A stretch of 64,000 nucleotides of DNA, taken from contig JAYPQH010000018.1 in assembly GCA_038131935.1 (NCBI GenBank), positions 1 through 64,000 of the forward strand, written 5' to 3'. Position 1 is the stretch's first letter, and every line of letters starts with the position of its first letter. Below are positions 22,150-32,718 of this stretch, piece by piece. A program made the translations under genes and the position numbers. The notes below the pieces were generated by a model. That model was given only the letters and a program-made list of their open reading frames with translations. It was not told the origin of the DNA and ran no database searches. The DNA comes from Alphaproteobacteria bacterium. Its GTDB lineage: Bacteria; Pseudomonadota; Alphaproteobacteria; UBA8317.

Positions 22150-22152
22150 TTT

Positions 22153-23003
22153 TTACAGAATTCGACAAATTTCTGCAAAAACCCCTGCTCACGCCATTTC
22201 ACGCAAGCTTGTTGCACTACATCACTTGGCATCTGGTTAAACAATGCAAAACATGTCCCCCCCGAGCCACTCATGCCGGCGCGCAAACAGCCTGGTAAAG
22301 CACGCATCTCATCTATCAAGATAGGCAAGTCTGGGTTCAGCACAAATGCTGATAATTCCAAATCATTACGAAACCGCTCACTGCTCAAATGAGACCAGTT
22401 TTGTAATTCAAGGAGCTGATCCATTCCTACCCGCTTCTGTCTAGGCAAACCTTTAAAGACCTCAGCCGTTGACACAGGGATGCCATCATTGACGAGGAGC
22501 AGATATCCTTCACTTGGCGTGGATAACTTGGTTAGCTTCTCTCCCAGCCCTTGCATGCGCTGAGCAGATGGAGACAAACAAACCGGCACATCAGCTCCTA
22601 GACTTTGCGCCACTTCATGTAAAATATGTTGATGAACTTGAAGTCCCCACAACCGACATAAACCCCGCAACACAGCTGCAGCATCAGCTGAGCCGCCACC
22701 CAAACCTGCTGCCACAGGAATATTTTTATGTAGAGAGATTTTTGTAAACCCAACAGAACAGTCCTGCTGGCGTAACGCATGAAGAGCTCTTATACAAAGA
22801 TTATCTGCACTATCTATAGAACCATAAACATTTGAAAATAAAAAAAATTCATCTTTCTCTGCGCGTTCCAAATGGAGTTCGTCAGCAAAGTCACCAAATA
22901 CAACAAGCGAGTCTAAATTATGGTACCCATTGTCCCATCTCTCCAGTACATGAAGGGTTAAATTTACCTTGACCCACGCTTTTTCTACCACTGTTGTGAT
23001 CAT
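22153..23003 (-). CDS. ispE: 4-diphosphocytidyl-2-C-methyl-D-erythritol kinase (C-terminal frameshift)
   Basis: KVNLTLHV, KNIPVAAGLGGGSADAA, MSGSGGTCF. Adding one T in the run near 22177 gives GFFAEICRIL with a stop at 22153. Confidence 0.93.
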
Positions 23004-23019
23004 AGCTTTGGTAGACCCT

Positions 23020-24627
23020 TTAATTTTTCCATAACCCGTTCTTGATCTTTTTCATCTCAAAAGCTACGCCGTGCGCGTTCCACATATGCCCGGCCTGGCG
23101 CCAAAACCCCATCGCGTGAAGAACATCTCCATGATGTTCGGTGATGGTTGGGTCTGAGGGTTCTAAAGCTCTCGCCTGCTCAATTGTCGTAAGAGCATCA
23201 TCCATCCGTCCCAGTTTAAAATAGGCCCATGCTAGAGAGTCCATGATAAAACCATCTTCTGGGCGTAATTTCACAGCAGCGTTTAACAACTGCAACGCAT
23301 CATACAAATTCACCCCTTGGTCAGCCCAACTATAGCCGAGGTAATTCATAACTTGTGGTTGGTCTGGCTCAAGGGCAAGGGCTTGTTTCAGGGCACGCTC
23401 TGCTTCCGGCCATTGCCCAGATCTTTCCAATGCCACAGCATAGACAAAGTAAAGCAACCAATCATCATTCTGAGAGAGCATCAATGCATTTTCATAAGCC
23501 TTTACGGCTTCATCAAACTGGCTCGCCATTCGGTATATATTACCCATATGACGAAATGACTCGCGCGCCTGAAATGCGCTCTGTGTAAAAGGCATGAGGA
23601 TCAAAATAGCGCCTTCATGGTCACCCGCATCTGCATTTAAATATGCCAATTCCACATGCGCGAACCACCCAACATGTGGATCATCTCGTAAGGTTTCGTA
23701 TATCCCGCGCGCTTGGCTTGTGTGACCCATCTGCTCAAATTCTTGTGCCATGGTTAACAGCAACAATGGCTGGTGAGGGGCTAAACTCAAGGAAATTTGT
23801 CGGAACAACAAACGTCTTTGCTGCATGCTATCCTCGGCCAAGAGATAACTCATGGCATGAAACGCCTCTGCAAAACCCTCCATGGTTGATCTTGGCAAAA
23901 CTTTGGGCAGCCCCAAACCCAAATTATTATCCGTCGGCAACTGGTAATCATGAAAGAAATCTTTATGATCTTGGAGGAAGTCCAATGCATCACGTTTTTT
24001 TCCAAGTGACCAAAGAATTTCGACTTGAGCCAATAAGGCTCTTTTCTTCAAGCCACTGCTCATCCCTGCCACAAACTCAAAATGCTCCAACGCACGACGT
24101 TTTTGACCACGAAGAAACTCAAGGCAACCGCTTAGGTAAGATCTTAAAAGCCTATGAGCTGTGGAACCACTACGATCCTCTAAAACCCGCAAAGCAGCTT
24201 CAAAGTCTCCCAAAGATGCCATGATCCATACCTTACCAACTTCTTGGATAAGAGGATTAGGGAGTTCTGTCAGTTGCTGTAACGCATCTGTAAATGACAC
24301 CTGCCTTATCAAGCTTACAAAGGTCACCAATTGTGGAATTTCATCCTGCAATCCCGCCTGCAGCAATGGCTCCGCTTGAAGTGCAGCTGCATCAAGATCT
24401 CCTGCAAGTGCTGAGGCCAACACCAGGGATTGACGCAATTCGGGTTGATCAGGGTCAAGAGCCAAGACTTCTGTTAGGTAGCTTGCTGCCTCAACAAAAT
24501 TCTCAGCACGTAAGGCTTGCTGGCCTGCCAAATAAGCACCTGATGTCTCAGCACGCCCCTTATTTGGCAGGCACAAATATATCGAAACAAGCAACCCAAT
24601 CACGGAAAGAAGCAAACGCACCTGCAA
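23020..24627 (-). CDS. Tetratricopeptide-repeat periplasmic protein
   Basis: Signal peptide, SGAYLAG, VMNYLGYSWADQG, IMDSLAWAYFKLG, ITEHHGDVL; conserved position upstream of ispE. The extreme C-terminus may be frameshifted. Confidence 0.88.
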   Translation of the reverse strand: MQVRLLLSVIGLLVSIYLCLPNKGRAETSGAYLAGQQALRAENFVEAASYLTEVLALDPDQPELRQSLVLASALAGDLDAAALQAEPLLQAGLQDEIPQLVTFVSLIRQVSFTDALQQLTELPNPLIQEVGKVWIMASLGDFEAALRVLEDRSGSTAHRLLRSYLSGCLEFLRGQKRRALEHFEFVAGMSSGLKKRALLAQVEILWSLGKKRDALDFLQDHKDFFHDYQLPTDNNLGLGLPKVLPRSTMEGFAEAFHAMSYLLAEDSMQQRRLLFRQISLSLAPHQPLLLLTMAQEFEQMGHTSQARGIYETLRDDPHVGWFAHVELAYLNADAGDHEGAILILMPFTQSAFQARESFRHMGNIYRMASQFDEAVKAYENALMLSQNDDWLLYFVYAVALERSGQWPEAERALKQALALEPDQPQVMNYLGYSWADQGVNLYDALQLLNAAVKLRPEDGFIMDSLAWAYFKLGRMDDALTTIEQARALEPSDPTITEHHGDVLHAMGFWRQAGHMWNAHGVAFEMKKIKNGLWKN

Positions 24628-24733
24628 TTTAAAGCCCCCTTATCATCCCTTTGACCATGCAAGATCATAAAACCAATGAGAACCCCTTAACTGGATCACA
24701 AAGGAATATATCACAGCATCAGCATGTTTGGAC

Positions 24734-26380
24734 CTACATGTTTGGGTAGTTAGGGCCGCCGCCGCCTTCGGGTACCGTCCATGTGATATTTTGACTAGGA
24801 TCTTTGATGTCACATGTTTTACAGTGAACACAATTTTGAGCATTGATCTGAAAGCTAGACTGACCATCATTCTCTATCACCTCATAAACCCCAGCAGGAC
24901 AATAGCGTTGTGCTGGTTCAGAAAAGCGCGGCAAATTTTGTGCAATAGGAATGTCTTTATCTGCCAACACAAGATGACACGGCTGATCTTCCTCATGATT
25001 GGTTGCAGAGAACGCGACATTGGTTAAACGATCAAAACTTACTTCTCCATCCGGTTTTGGGTAGGTGATTGGCTGACATTGAGAAGCGGGCTTCAGCGTC
25101 TCATGATCTGCTTTTCCATGGCGCAAGGTTCCAAAGAACGAAAAGCCAAGCTTTTCTCTTGTCCACATATCCAAACCACCTGCTGCAAGGCCACCCAACA
25201 ACCCCAATTTGGACCAAAGTGGCTTTACATTTTTCACCAAATTGAGTTCTCGGCCAACCCGTGATGAACGGAGTTTTTCATCAAACTGATCCAACTGATC
25301 ATGTTCTCTTCCCTGCGCAAGCGCTTCAACCATGACATCGGCAGCCATCATGCCAGAATCCATAGCATTATGACTTCCCTTAATTCGTGGAACATTCACA
25401 AGTCCTGCCGCACAACCTACCAAAAGCCCACCAGGGAAAGCCAATTTGGGCAACGACTGCCAGCCTCCCTCAGAAATAGCACGGGCCCCATACGCAACCC
25501 GTCGACCACCCTCCAATATAGGCCTGATGGCGGGATGCTGTTTAAACCTCTGGAACTCCTCATACGGAGAAAGATACGGATTGGTGTAATTCAAATGGAC
25601 CACGAACCCTATGCTCACTTGGTTATTCTCCAAATGATACATGAAGCTGCCACCACCTGTGTTGAGACCAAGGGGCCACCCCATGGTGTGGGTTACTTGC
25701 CCTGGAACATGCTTGTCAGGATCTATTTCCCATAATTCCTTGATCCCAAGGCCATATTTTTGAGGGCATGCATCTTGATCAAGATTAAATTTATTTATCA
25801 GTTGCTTCGCTAAAGATCCTCGAACCCCCTCAGCAATCACAACATAACGCCCCAGCAATTCCATACCTGGCTGATAGTCCGACTTTTCTGACCCATCTTG
25901 CCCTAAGCCAAAGACACCTGCCACAACACCACGAAGGCTGCCATCATCAGCAAACAGACATTCTGAAGCAGCAAATCCAGGGTAAATCTCAACACCAAGT
26001 TCCTCTGCTTGTTCTGCCAACCAGCGGCATAAATTACCCAATGATACTGCGTGGCAACCATGGTTGGACATGAGTGGCGGCATCATAAAATTGGGCAAGC
26101 GCAGACTTCCAGCCGGCCCTAAGACAAAAAAACGATCATCAGTGACTGGATTGTTTAATGGGGCACCACGGGATGCCCAATCTGGAATCAAATCGTTCAA
26201 GGCAATGGGATCTACGACTGCACCGGAGAGAATATGCGCACCAATCTCCGAACCTTTCTCCAACACACATACACTGAGATCTGGGTTTTTCTGTTTGGCT
26301 CTTATTGCCGTCGCAAGACCCGCCGGTCCGCCACCTACAATCAAGATATCAAATTCCATACTCTCGCGCGCAACACTCAT
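24734..26380 (-). CDS. Electron transfer flavoprotein-ubiquinone oxidoreductase
   Basis: IVGGGPAGL, KGSEIGAHILSGA, RYCPAGVYE, QNCVHCKTCDIKDP. Confidence 0.96.
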   Translation of the reverse strand: MSVARESMEFDILIVGGGPAGLATAIRAKQKNPDLSVCVLEKGSEIGAHILSGAVVDPIALNDLIPDWASRGAPLNNPVTDDRFFVLGPAGSLRLPNFMMPPLMSNHGCHAVSLGNLCRWLAEQAEELGVEIYPGFAASECLFADDGSLRGVVAGVFGLGQDGSEKSDYQPGMELLGRYVVIAEGVRGSLAKQLINKFNLDQDACPQKYGLGIKELWEIDPDKHVPGQVTHTMGWPLGLNTGGGSFMYHLENNQVSIGFVVHLNYTNPYLSPYEEFQRFKQHPAIRPILEGGRRVAYGARAISEGGWQSLPKLAFPGGLLVGCAAGLVNVPRIKGSHNAMDSGMMAADVMVEALAQGREHDQLDQFDEKLRSSRVGRELNLVKNVKPLWSKLGLLGGLAAGGLDMWTREKLGFSFFGTLRHGKADHETLKPASQCQPITYPKPDGEVSFDRLTNVAFSATNHEEDQPCHLVLADKDIPIAQNLPRFSEPAQRYCPAGVYEVIENDGQSSFQINAQNCVHCKTCDIKDPSQNITWTVPEGGGGPNYPNM

Positions 26381-26523
26381 TCTCTCACTCCTTCACCGAT
26401 ATGGCGCTCACATCTGAGGCATAAGGGCTTTTCACCTTAACGTGCCGGCCAGACTTTGCGTCTTTGTATCCCTCCATGATATGAACTGGTGAAGCAAATG
26501 GGTCAATTGCGACAGGTTAACCA

Positions 26524-27344
26524 ATGGAAAAGCACGGCAGTGGAAATCTTCAACAATGGGAAGCCATCTTACGCTGGCATCAGCATTATGAAGTTGATGA
26601 TATTCTCTCAACGCATGTGCAAGATTTCATGCAACCTCCAGCAACCCCAATCCAAGTCCCTCAGGTGAACCGCGAGCATAAACAAGCCCCTCCACCATCA
26701 AATCCTGAACAAGACATAAAGACACAACCCTCCAAGCTGAATTTACGCGCTTGTGATAGCCTTGGAGCTTTGGCGCGGTATATGGAGCAAATCCCTTGTG
26801 GGCTAAAGCATCCTGGAAACAATTTTGTATTTGCGGATGGTCATCCTGACGCAGATTTGATGGTAATTGGTGAAGCCCCAGGGGAACAAGAAAACAGAGA
26901 ACAAAAGCCTTTTGTAGGTCGTTCAGGTTTGTTACTTGATCAGATGTTGGCAGCCATTGGACTCAGCCGTCATGAACCAGATCCTAAGAAGGCCGTGTAT
27001 ATAACAAATGTTGTACCATGGCGGCCGCCTGGAAACAGAAAACCATCAACTGTGGAAACCGAGCTTTTTCGTGAGAGTGTATTCCGTCATATCGCCTTGC
27101 AATCCCCCAAATGTATTCTGGCCATGGGCGGAAGTGCTGCGACGGTTCTACTCAATGAATCCACAGGTATAACGAGGTTGCGAGGCAACCTGCGCATGAT
27201 GCAATTTGATGGTCATCATGTTGGCGTCATCGCAACCTTTCACCCTGCCTATCTCTTGCGTAACCCATTGGCAAAAGGGAAGCTTATGCTGATTTACGCA
27301 CAACCCAAAAACATCTTGCCACCGACAACACAATAGCCCCATGA
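26524..27344 (+). CDS. udg: Uracil-DNA glycosylase, family 4 (C-terminal frameshift)
   Basis: IGEAPGEQE, PFVGRSG, TFHPAYLLRNP. Adding one A near 27275 restores AKREAYADL with a stop at 27344. Confidence 0.9.
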
Positions 27345-27356
27345 AAGATACGTATT

Positions 27357-27887
27357 ATGCCGAGCATTGATGAAAGTAAGACCTTTATTCCTATTCGCAT
27401 TGCCGTTCTTACCATATCAGATACACGCTCATTAGAGACCGATACATCAGGTCAGTGGCTCGCCAAGGCCATTAAAGACGCAGGCCATCAACTTGAAGAC
27501 CGACAACTGGCTCGAGACGATATTTGGGCTATTAGAGCCATTATATGCGCATGGATTGCGAGTGGCCAGGTAGACAGTATTATCACAACAGGTGGCACGG
27601 GACTCACAGGACGTGATGTAACCATTGAAGCCATCACACCACTTCTTGATAAAAGCATTGATGGATTTGCCCATCTTTTTCACCAAGTGTCGCACCAATC
27701 GGTTGGGACATCGACATTACAATCAAGAGCTATGGGGGGCCTTGCAGGTGAAACCTACGTTTTTTGTCTTCCCGGCTCAACTGGCGCATGCAAAGACGGT
27801 TGGCAGCATATTTTGCAATGGCAGCTCGATAACCGTCACAGCCCCTGTAACCTTGTGGAAATCATGCCAAGGTTAGCCGAGCGTTAA
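27357..27887 (+). CDS. moaB: Molybdenum cofactor biosynthesis protein B
   Basis: IAVLTISDTR, TTGGTGLTGRDVT, LQSRA, FCLPGSTGAC, PCNLVEIMPRL. Confidence 0.93.
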   Translation: MPSIDESKTFIPIRIAVLTISDTRSLETDTSGQWLAKAIKDAGHQLEDRQLARDDIWAIRAIICAWIASGQVDSIITTGGTGLTGRDVTIEAITPLLDKSIDGFAHLFHQVSHQSVGTSTLQSRAMGGLAGETYVFCLPGSTGACKDGWQHILQWQLDNRHSPCNLVEIMPRLAER

Positions 27888-28479
27888 GACATAACCCAGA
27901 GGACAGATTGAAAAGCTGATAATCTTGGCCATCATCGCAGTCTGACTGCATTGGCCCCCAAAATATTGAACCAGACAATTTTGCATAAACGTCTAGAGCT
28001 TGATGGGACGATAAAAGAGCATGATGAAGCAAAAAAATGTCTTTTTTTTGCCGCCGTCCGATAGCCCAATATCCTCCATCGCCTGACGGAGCAATGACGA
28101 AACGATTTTTGCCCAAGGAGCGTTGCAACAGATTAAGATCATGATGGCTTACCAAAGGCAGATCTGCCCCGATTAATATCACCTTGTGATACCTATTCAT
28201 ACAAGCCAACATACGTCGTTCAAAGCCTACAGACGGCTGACGAGGCAAATGGCTCTGATGGTGCGGTGGATCTGCATACATGGTGACCACATTATGAAAG
28301 CACGAAACACGAGCTTGAACTTGCAATCGTTTGGTCATCAATCGTTGCAAGTGGGCTGCCCTCATTGAGCCCAACAATGGATGCAAACGGGTTTTCGCGC
28401 GCCCTGCCTTTGGAAACCTTGTAAAGATGATCAATGTCGATGCCTTAGGTGATATTTTTTTACGTTTTGGCTTGGCCAT
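27862..28479 (-). CDS. DUF2064/TIGR04282-type glycosyltransferase-like protein
   Basis: LIIFTRFPKAGRAKTRL, ILIGADLP, IAPSGDGGYWAIG, DCDDGQD. Confidence 0.8.
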   Translation of the reverse strand: MAKPKRKKISPKASTLIIFTRFPKAGRAKTRLHPLLGSMRAAHLQRLMTKRLQVQARVSCFHNVVTMYADPPHHQSHLPRQPSVGFERRMLACMNRYHKVILIGADLPLVSHHDLNLLQRSLGKNRFVIAPSGDGGYWAIGRRQKKDIFLLHHALLSSHQALDVYAKLSGSIFWGPMQSDCDDGQDYQLFNLSSGLCLNARLTLA

Positions 28480-29181
28480 CTGAACTTGATTCCATTTTTT
28501 GCTTTTGATGGCGTCTTGTATAGATAGACCCAATCCATTCTGGTGACGCCCCCAGACGGAAAGACCAATAGCAAAACATGTTTAAAAGAATCCGGAATGT
28601 ATAACCTTGTGCGGTATAACGCCGGGAGAGGAAAAAACCGTAAACGCCAACATCTCTCTCTTAGATCGGGCGGATCTATCCACAAAAACAACATCATCCA
28701 TGAGAGGGATTTGGGGGTAGCCATCACGCAGACTGGGGGCTTGTTGATGAATGAGAAAACCTTGATCACCATAGGGCCTTTTACCCAAAACACAGCGTAC
28801 AAACACCCCCCATGTTAACAACATCGGCCATATGCCCCGATCTGAAACACCAAAACGGCCATAATAAAGACGATCTGTTTGCAATGTTTGTGATGCCAAA
28901 ATCTCAGCCCATTTTGGTTCCAATCTTACATCCGCATGCAGCAACCAAATCCAATCAGCACGCGCTTCACGACAACCAATTTGGATTTGCTGGCCACGAC
29001 CAGGGGTTGTTTGGATAAGTCGGCAACCTGCTTCATCAGCTATCTGGCATGTTGCATCAGAGCTTCCGCCATCTACGACAATAACCTCTCTTATGAGGTC
29101 AAGGCCTTGGTAAAGATCCTCTAATAAACCAGGCAGGCAGTCAGCTTCGTTCAGACATGGTATCACGACCGACATTTTCAT
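28460..29181 (-). CDS. TIGR04283-type family 2 glycosyltransferase (frameshift near 28625)
   Basis: SVVIPCLNEA, VVDGGSSD, LLHADV, PYGDQG, PLMDDV. The C-terminus continues in another frame as RRYTAQG...FRLGASPEWIGSIY. Confidence 0.83.
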
Positions 29182-29332
29182 ATCAGCACCTTTTTGCATT
29201 ATTTTCCACGTTTTAACATGTTACATGGCCAAGCGCACAGACCTTCATTTTGACAAATCAAAGGAAAAAACATCATCCTCTTTTTTGTTGTATTTGTCTT
29301 AAATTTATCATCCTCTAAATAGGTATAACAAC

Positions 29333-29947
29333 ATGGCCCCATTAGAAAAACTTCCCCTCGGCCATGCCGGCTGTGATGAGGTTGGGCGCGGGCCCCTGGT
29401 TGGAGATGTGGTGGCTGCTTGTGTCCTGTTTCATGATACCGCGCCTGAGGGTATTCGTGATTCTAAAAAATTAAGCCAAACGAAGCGTTTACAATTGGGC
29501 CCTCTCATTGCGCAAAGTGCTTGGGTCGGCTTTGGCCATGCAACCGCACAAGAAATTGATGAAATAGGCATACATAAAGCATCACTGCGCGCGATGACGC
29601 GTGCCATCTTAGCCTGCCCTCACCCACCTGTTTTTGTCGTTGTGGATGGCAAATTTACCCCACAAGTAAGCATACCACGCCATGCAGAGATAAAGGGAGA
29701 CGATCGTTTTATCGAGGTTGCAGCGGCAGCAATAATGGCGAAACTACGACGCGACGCCATGATGACAGAACTTGAAGCATCCTACCCTGGTTATGGATTT
29801 GACCAGCATCAAGGCTATCCCACCCGACAGCATCGTGAGGCACTAGAGCGGCTGGGCCCCACACCAGAACATCGCATGAGCTACAAAACGCTACGTGATT
29901 TGCCCTCTGTCAAGAATGGCAAAAAGAACACACTTAGCCACCCATAA
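29333..29947 (+). CDS. rnhB: Ribonuclease HII
   Basis: GCDEVGRGPLVG, DSKKL, VDG, AAAIMAKLRRD, HQGYPT. Confidence 0.95.
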   Translation: MAPLEKLPLGHAGCDEVGRGPLVGDVVAACVLFHDTAPEGIRDSKKLSQTKRLQLGPLIAQSAWVGFGHATAQEIDEIGIHKASLRAMTRAILACPHPPVFVVVDGKFTPQVSIPRHAEIKGDDRFIEVAAAAIMAKLRRDAMMTELEASYPGYGFDQHQGYPTRQHREALERLGPTPEHRMSYKTLRDLPSVKNGKKNTLSHP

Positions 29948-29952
29948 CAAAA

Positions 29953-30003
29953 GTGATTCTTGCATCCGCGAATCACATCAGCGATTCTATCAAAATATGA
30001 TTC
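29953..30003. promoter_or_regulatory. GANTC cluster upstream of ccrM
   Basis: GATTC 29955, GAATC 29970, GATTC 29983 and GATTC 29999. The first two lie in the inverted repeat GTGATTC-N10-GAATCAC. Confidence 0.65.
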
Positions 30004-30029
30004 GTAATTTTTAGCCTCGGAGCAACCAA

Positions 30030-31154
30030 ATGACGCTGCCTGCCGGAATCCATGTCAAGCATGTAATTGCACCTGAGGGTATAAATCGCATTTATAGCGG
30101 TGATTGTATTGAGGTTATGAAATCAATCCCGTCTGGATCCGTTGATTTAATCTTTGCTGATCCACCCTACAATCTTCAATTGTCACACAAATTACGCCGC
30201 CCAGACCAAACAGAAGTAGCAGGTGTCCATCATGACTGGGATCAATTTGATGATTTTGATGCCTATGACTTATTCACCCATCAATGGTTATCAGAAGCGC
30301 GACGGGTGCTAAAAGATAATGGTGCAATATGGGTTATTGGCAGCTATCATAATATATACCGCCTGGGCGCCCTTCTCCAAGATGCTGGATTTTGGATCTT
30401 AAATGATGTGGTTTGGAGAAAAACAAACCCGATGCCGAATTTTCGGGGAACAAGGCTTGCCAATGCACATGAAACATTGATTTGGGCTGCCAAACAAACA
30501 ACACGCTCGGGCTATCGCTTTAATTACCGCACATTAAAGTCCCTCAATGATGGTCTACAAATGCGGTCCGACTGGGTCATGCCCATTTGTTCAGGGGATG
30601 AACGCTGCAAATTTGCCGATGGCACCACAGCCCATCCAACACAGAAACCATTGGCACTGCTGCGTCGCATCATGATGATGAGCACAGAAGAAAATGACCT
30701 GGTTCTTGATCCCTTCTTTGGAACAGGTACAACTGGGGTTGTTTGCAAACAACTTGGCCGGCACTTTATCGGTATTGAAGCAGATGATGACTATGTGGAA
30801 TTGGCCCGTGCACGCATTGCCAAAACCGATCCTTTACCAAAAGACTTAAGAAACAACGTACCAGAATTTGAACGTAATGTGAGAATTCCATTTTCTTGGC
30901 TAATAGACCATGGGCTTTTATCCATAGGAGATAAATTGTGCGATAAAACTGGAAAAAAATTGGCCATTATTTGTGCAGATGGAACCTTAAAAGCAGATAA
31001 TTCAGCGGGTTCTATCCACCAACTCGCAGCCAAAATGCAGAATTTAGATGCAGCCAATGGGTGGATTTATTGGTACTGCAAAAATGGAACCCCTATCGAT
31101 AACTTACGCAGAGAATTACGGGAATCACTGAAAAATCAAGGTATTAAGCTCTAG
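30030..31154 (+). CDS. ccrM: Cell-cycle-regulated adenine methyltransferase (GANTC)
   Basis: IFADPPYNLQL, WVIGSYHNIY, NPMPNFRG, HPTQKP, LDPFFGTGTTG, C-terminal GSIHQ...NGWIYW domain; rnhB-ccrM-mutY context. Confidence 0.93.
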   Translation: MTLPAGIHVKHVIAPEGINRIYSGDCIEVMKSIPSGSVDLIFADPPYNLQLSHKLRRPDQTEVAGVHHDWDQFDDFDAYDLFTHQWLSEARRVLKDNGAIWVIGSYHNIYRLGALLQDAGFWILNDVVWRKTNPMPNFRGTRLANAHETLIWAAKQTTRSGYRFNYRTLKSLNDGLQMRSDWVMPICSGDERCKFADGTTAHPTQKPLALLRRIMMMSTEENDLVLDPFFGTGTTGVVCKQLGRHFIGIEADDDYVELARARIAKTDPLPKDLRNNVPEFERNVRIPFSWLIDHGLLSIGDKLCDKTGKKLAIICADGTLKADNSAGSIHQLAAKMQNLDAANGWIYWYCKNGTPIDNLRRELRESLKNQGIKL

Positions 31155-31165
31155 TCTTTACCACC

Positions 31166-32164
31166 TTACCCAAACAACCCAGAGCGTATACCAACTTTGC
31201 GCATTAAGGTTGGCATGGCTTGTAATGCATCTTGTTGACGGGGAAGAACCTGCGCGATGGTACGTTGGGGGCGGACAAAAACATCCGCGGTTATATCAAG
31301 ATGGGTTAGTCGATGCTGCACTTGACCTTTGTAAATTGCATCATCGGGAAGTTTCATCACCACGGGAAAGCCAAGCATGCCCGCCATTACCCCTTTCTTG
31401 GGCCGCCTTTCCACGCCAACAAAACGATCATTGTAAGACAAAAGAAAGATCCATCGCATAGACTTAGGAGGCAACTTTGGAGCCTTAACAGGTAATTGCA
31501 AAGGATCTAAATCCCTTGCCTTACAACCCAAGCGTAAGGGGCAGCTCTGGCAATCAGTTTTAAGTGGTTTACAAACTTGGCTAGCCAAATCCATCAAGGC
31601 TTGTGCCAAGTGACCTGTCTTTCCAACTGCACAAAAGTCTTGTGCATGCAGTGATAATGCCTTCCTAGCTTTAGGCAAAGGTGTTTTTATTGCGTAATAA
31701 CGAGCAACAATGCGTTCAATATTACCATCTATTGGCATAATATCTTCACCAAAGCAGATACTTGCCAGTGCTGAGGATGTGTAAGGCCCAAGGCCCGGTA
31801 AAACACGCAATTGCTTTGCTGTGGTTGGAAATTGACCACCAAATTCAGCGCAAACCACCTGTGCGCACGCATGCAAATTGGTTGCCCGTCGATAATAGCC
31901 CAACCCTGCCCATGCATCATGAACCTCTTCGAGATCTGCATCTGCAAGTGTTTGAACATCAGGAAATCTTTGTAAAAACGGTTCAAAACGACCCAATACA
32001 GTCGATACAGTCGTTTGTTGAAGCATGATTTCACTTACCAACACGCGATAGGCATGATCATTAGGTGGGACCATGCAAGGCGATACCCGCCATGGCAAAC
32101 GACGCCCATGCTGCAAATACCAATCCCAAAGGGATGTTTTTATTTCATCCATGAAAAACCCCAT
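31166..32164 (-). CDS. mutY: A/G-specific adenine glycosylase
   Basis: RRLPWR, VSEIMLQQT, WAGLGYYRRA, LPGLGPYT, and Fe-S motif C-x6-C-x2-C-x5-C. Confidence 0.95.
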   Translation of the reverse strand: MGFFMDEIKTSLWDWYLQHGRRLPWRVSPCMVPPNDHAYRVLVSEIMLQQTTVSTVLGRFEPFLQRFPDVQTLADADLEEVHDAWAGLGYYRRATNLHACAQVVCAEFGGQFPTTAKQLRVLPGLGPYTSSALASICFGEDIMPIDGNIERIVARYYAIKTPLPKARKALSLHAQDFCAVGKTGHLAQALMDLASQVCKPLKTDCQSCPLRLGCKARDLDPLQLPVKAPKLPPKSMRWIFLLSYNDRFVGVERRPKKGVMAGMLGFPVVMKLPDDAIYKGQVQHRLTHLDITADVFVRPQRTIAQVLPRQQDALQAMPTLMRKVGIRSGLFG

Positions 32165-32237
32165 AATAAGGCAGGGGTTATGTCATCTTGCCAAATCATG
32201 GCAAGATTACGCTAAGGGGCAAGGACAGAGGTGAACC

Positions 32238-32666
32238 ATGGTAACAACGGTTAGAAGATCACAACCGAGGCCTGCAGGTCGCTATGTCTCAACATTGTTA
32301 AAAGCGGTGCGAAAACAGCATGGATCAGATCATCTGGACCTATTTTTGTTATGGCAAGATGTCGTTGCACCACCTTGGTCAACCCTACTCAAGCCATTAC
32401 GAATCACAAAGCATGGTAACAAAAATATTTTACAGGTGGGCTATGACGAGGCGGATGGATTTACCCTACATTACCAGCAAGAAGCCGTGCTCTACTCTAT
32501 TCAACAACGGTTTCCGTCCCTAGACATCACAGCCTTGCGCTACAAAAAGATGTCAAACCCTATAAAAACTCAAAAGACACAAGAGGTTATACTGAAGTCT
32601 CCCCCAACCAGTCTTCAAGAAGCGATTGAACGACTACAAGAACGCATCAATCAACAGAATGATTGA
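32238..32666 (+). CDS. DUF721/DciA-family protein
   Basis: LFLLWQDVV...PLRI...LQV; conserved mutY/DUF721-dsbA-smc position. Confidence 0.65.
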   Translation: MVTTVRRSQPRPAGRYVSTLLKAVRKQHGSDHLDLFLLWQDVVAPPWSTLLKPLRITKHGNKNILQVGYDEADGFTLHYQQEAVLYSIQQRFPSLDITALRYKKMSNPIKTQKTQEVILKSPPTSLQEAIERLQERINQQND

Positions 32667-32718
32667 ATTATAGCCCTATATCTAGTAGCATATCAGGGAT
32701 TTCGTAGAGGAAATATAC

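Noticed and set aside
22059-22152. Apparent 91-bp convergent overlap of ispE and ispB
   Set aside because: One extra T in a homopolymer ends ispE at 22153, 3 nt from the ispB stop, so it is a probable sequencing deletion.
30030-31154. Restriction-modification or defence system
   Set aside because: Sequence and rnhB/mutY context match the housekeeping orphan methylase CcrM; there is no endonuclease.
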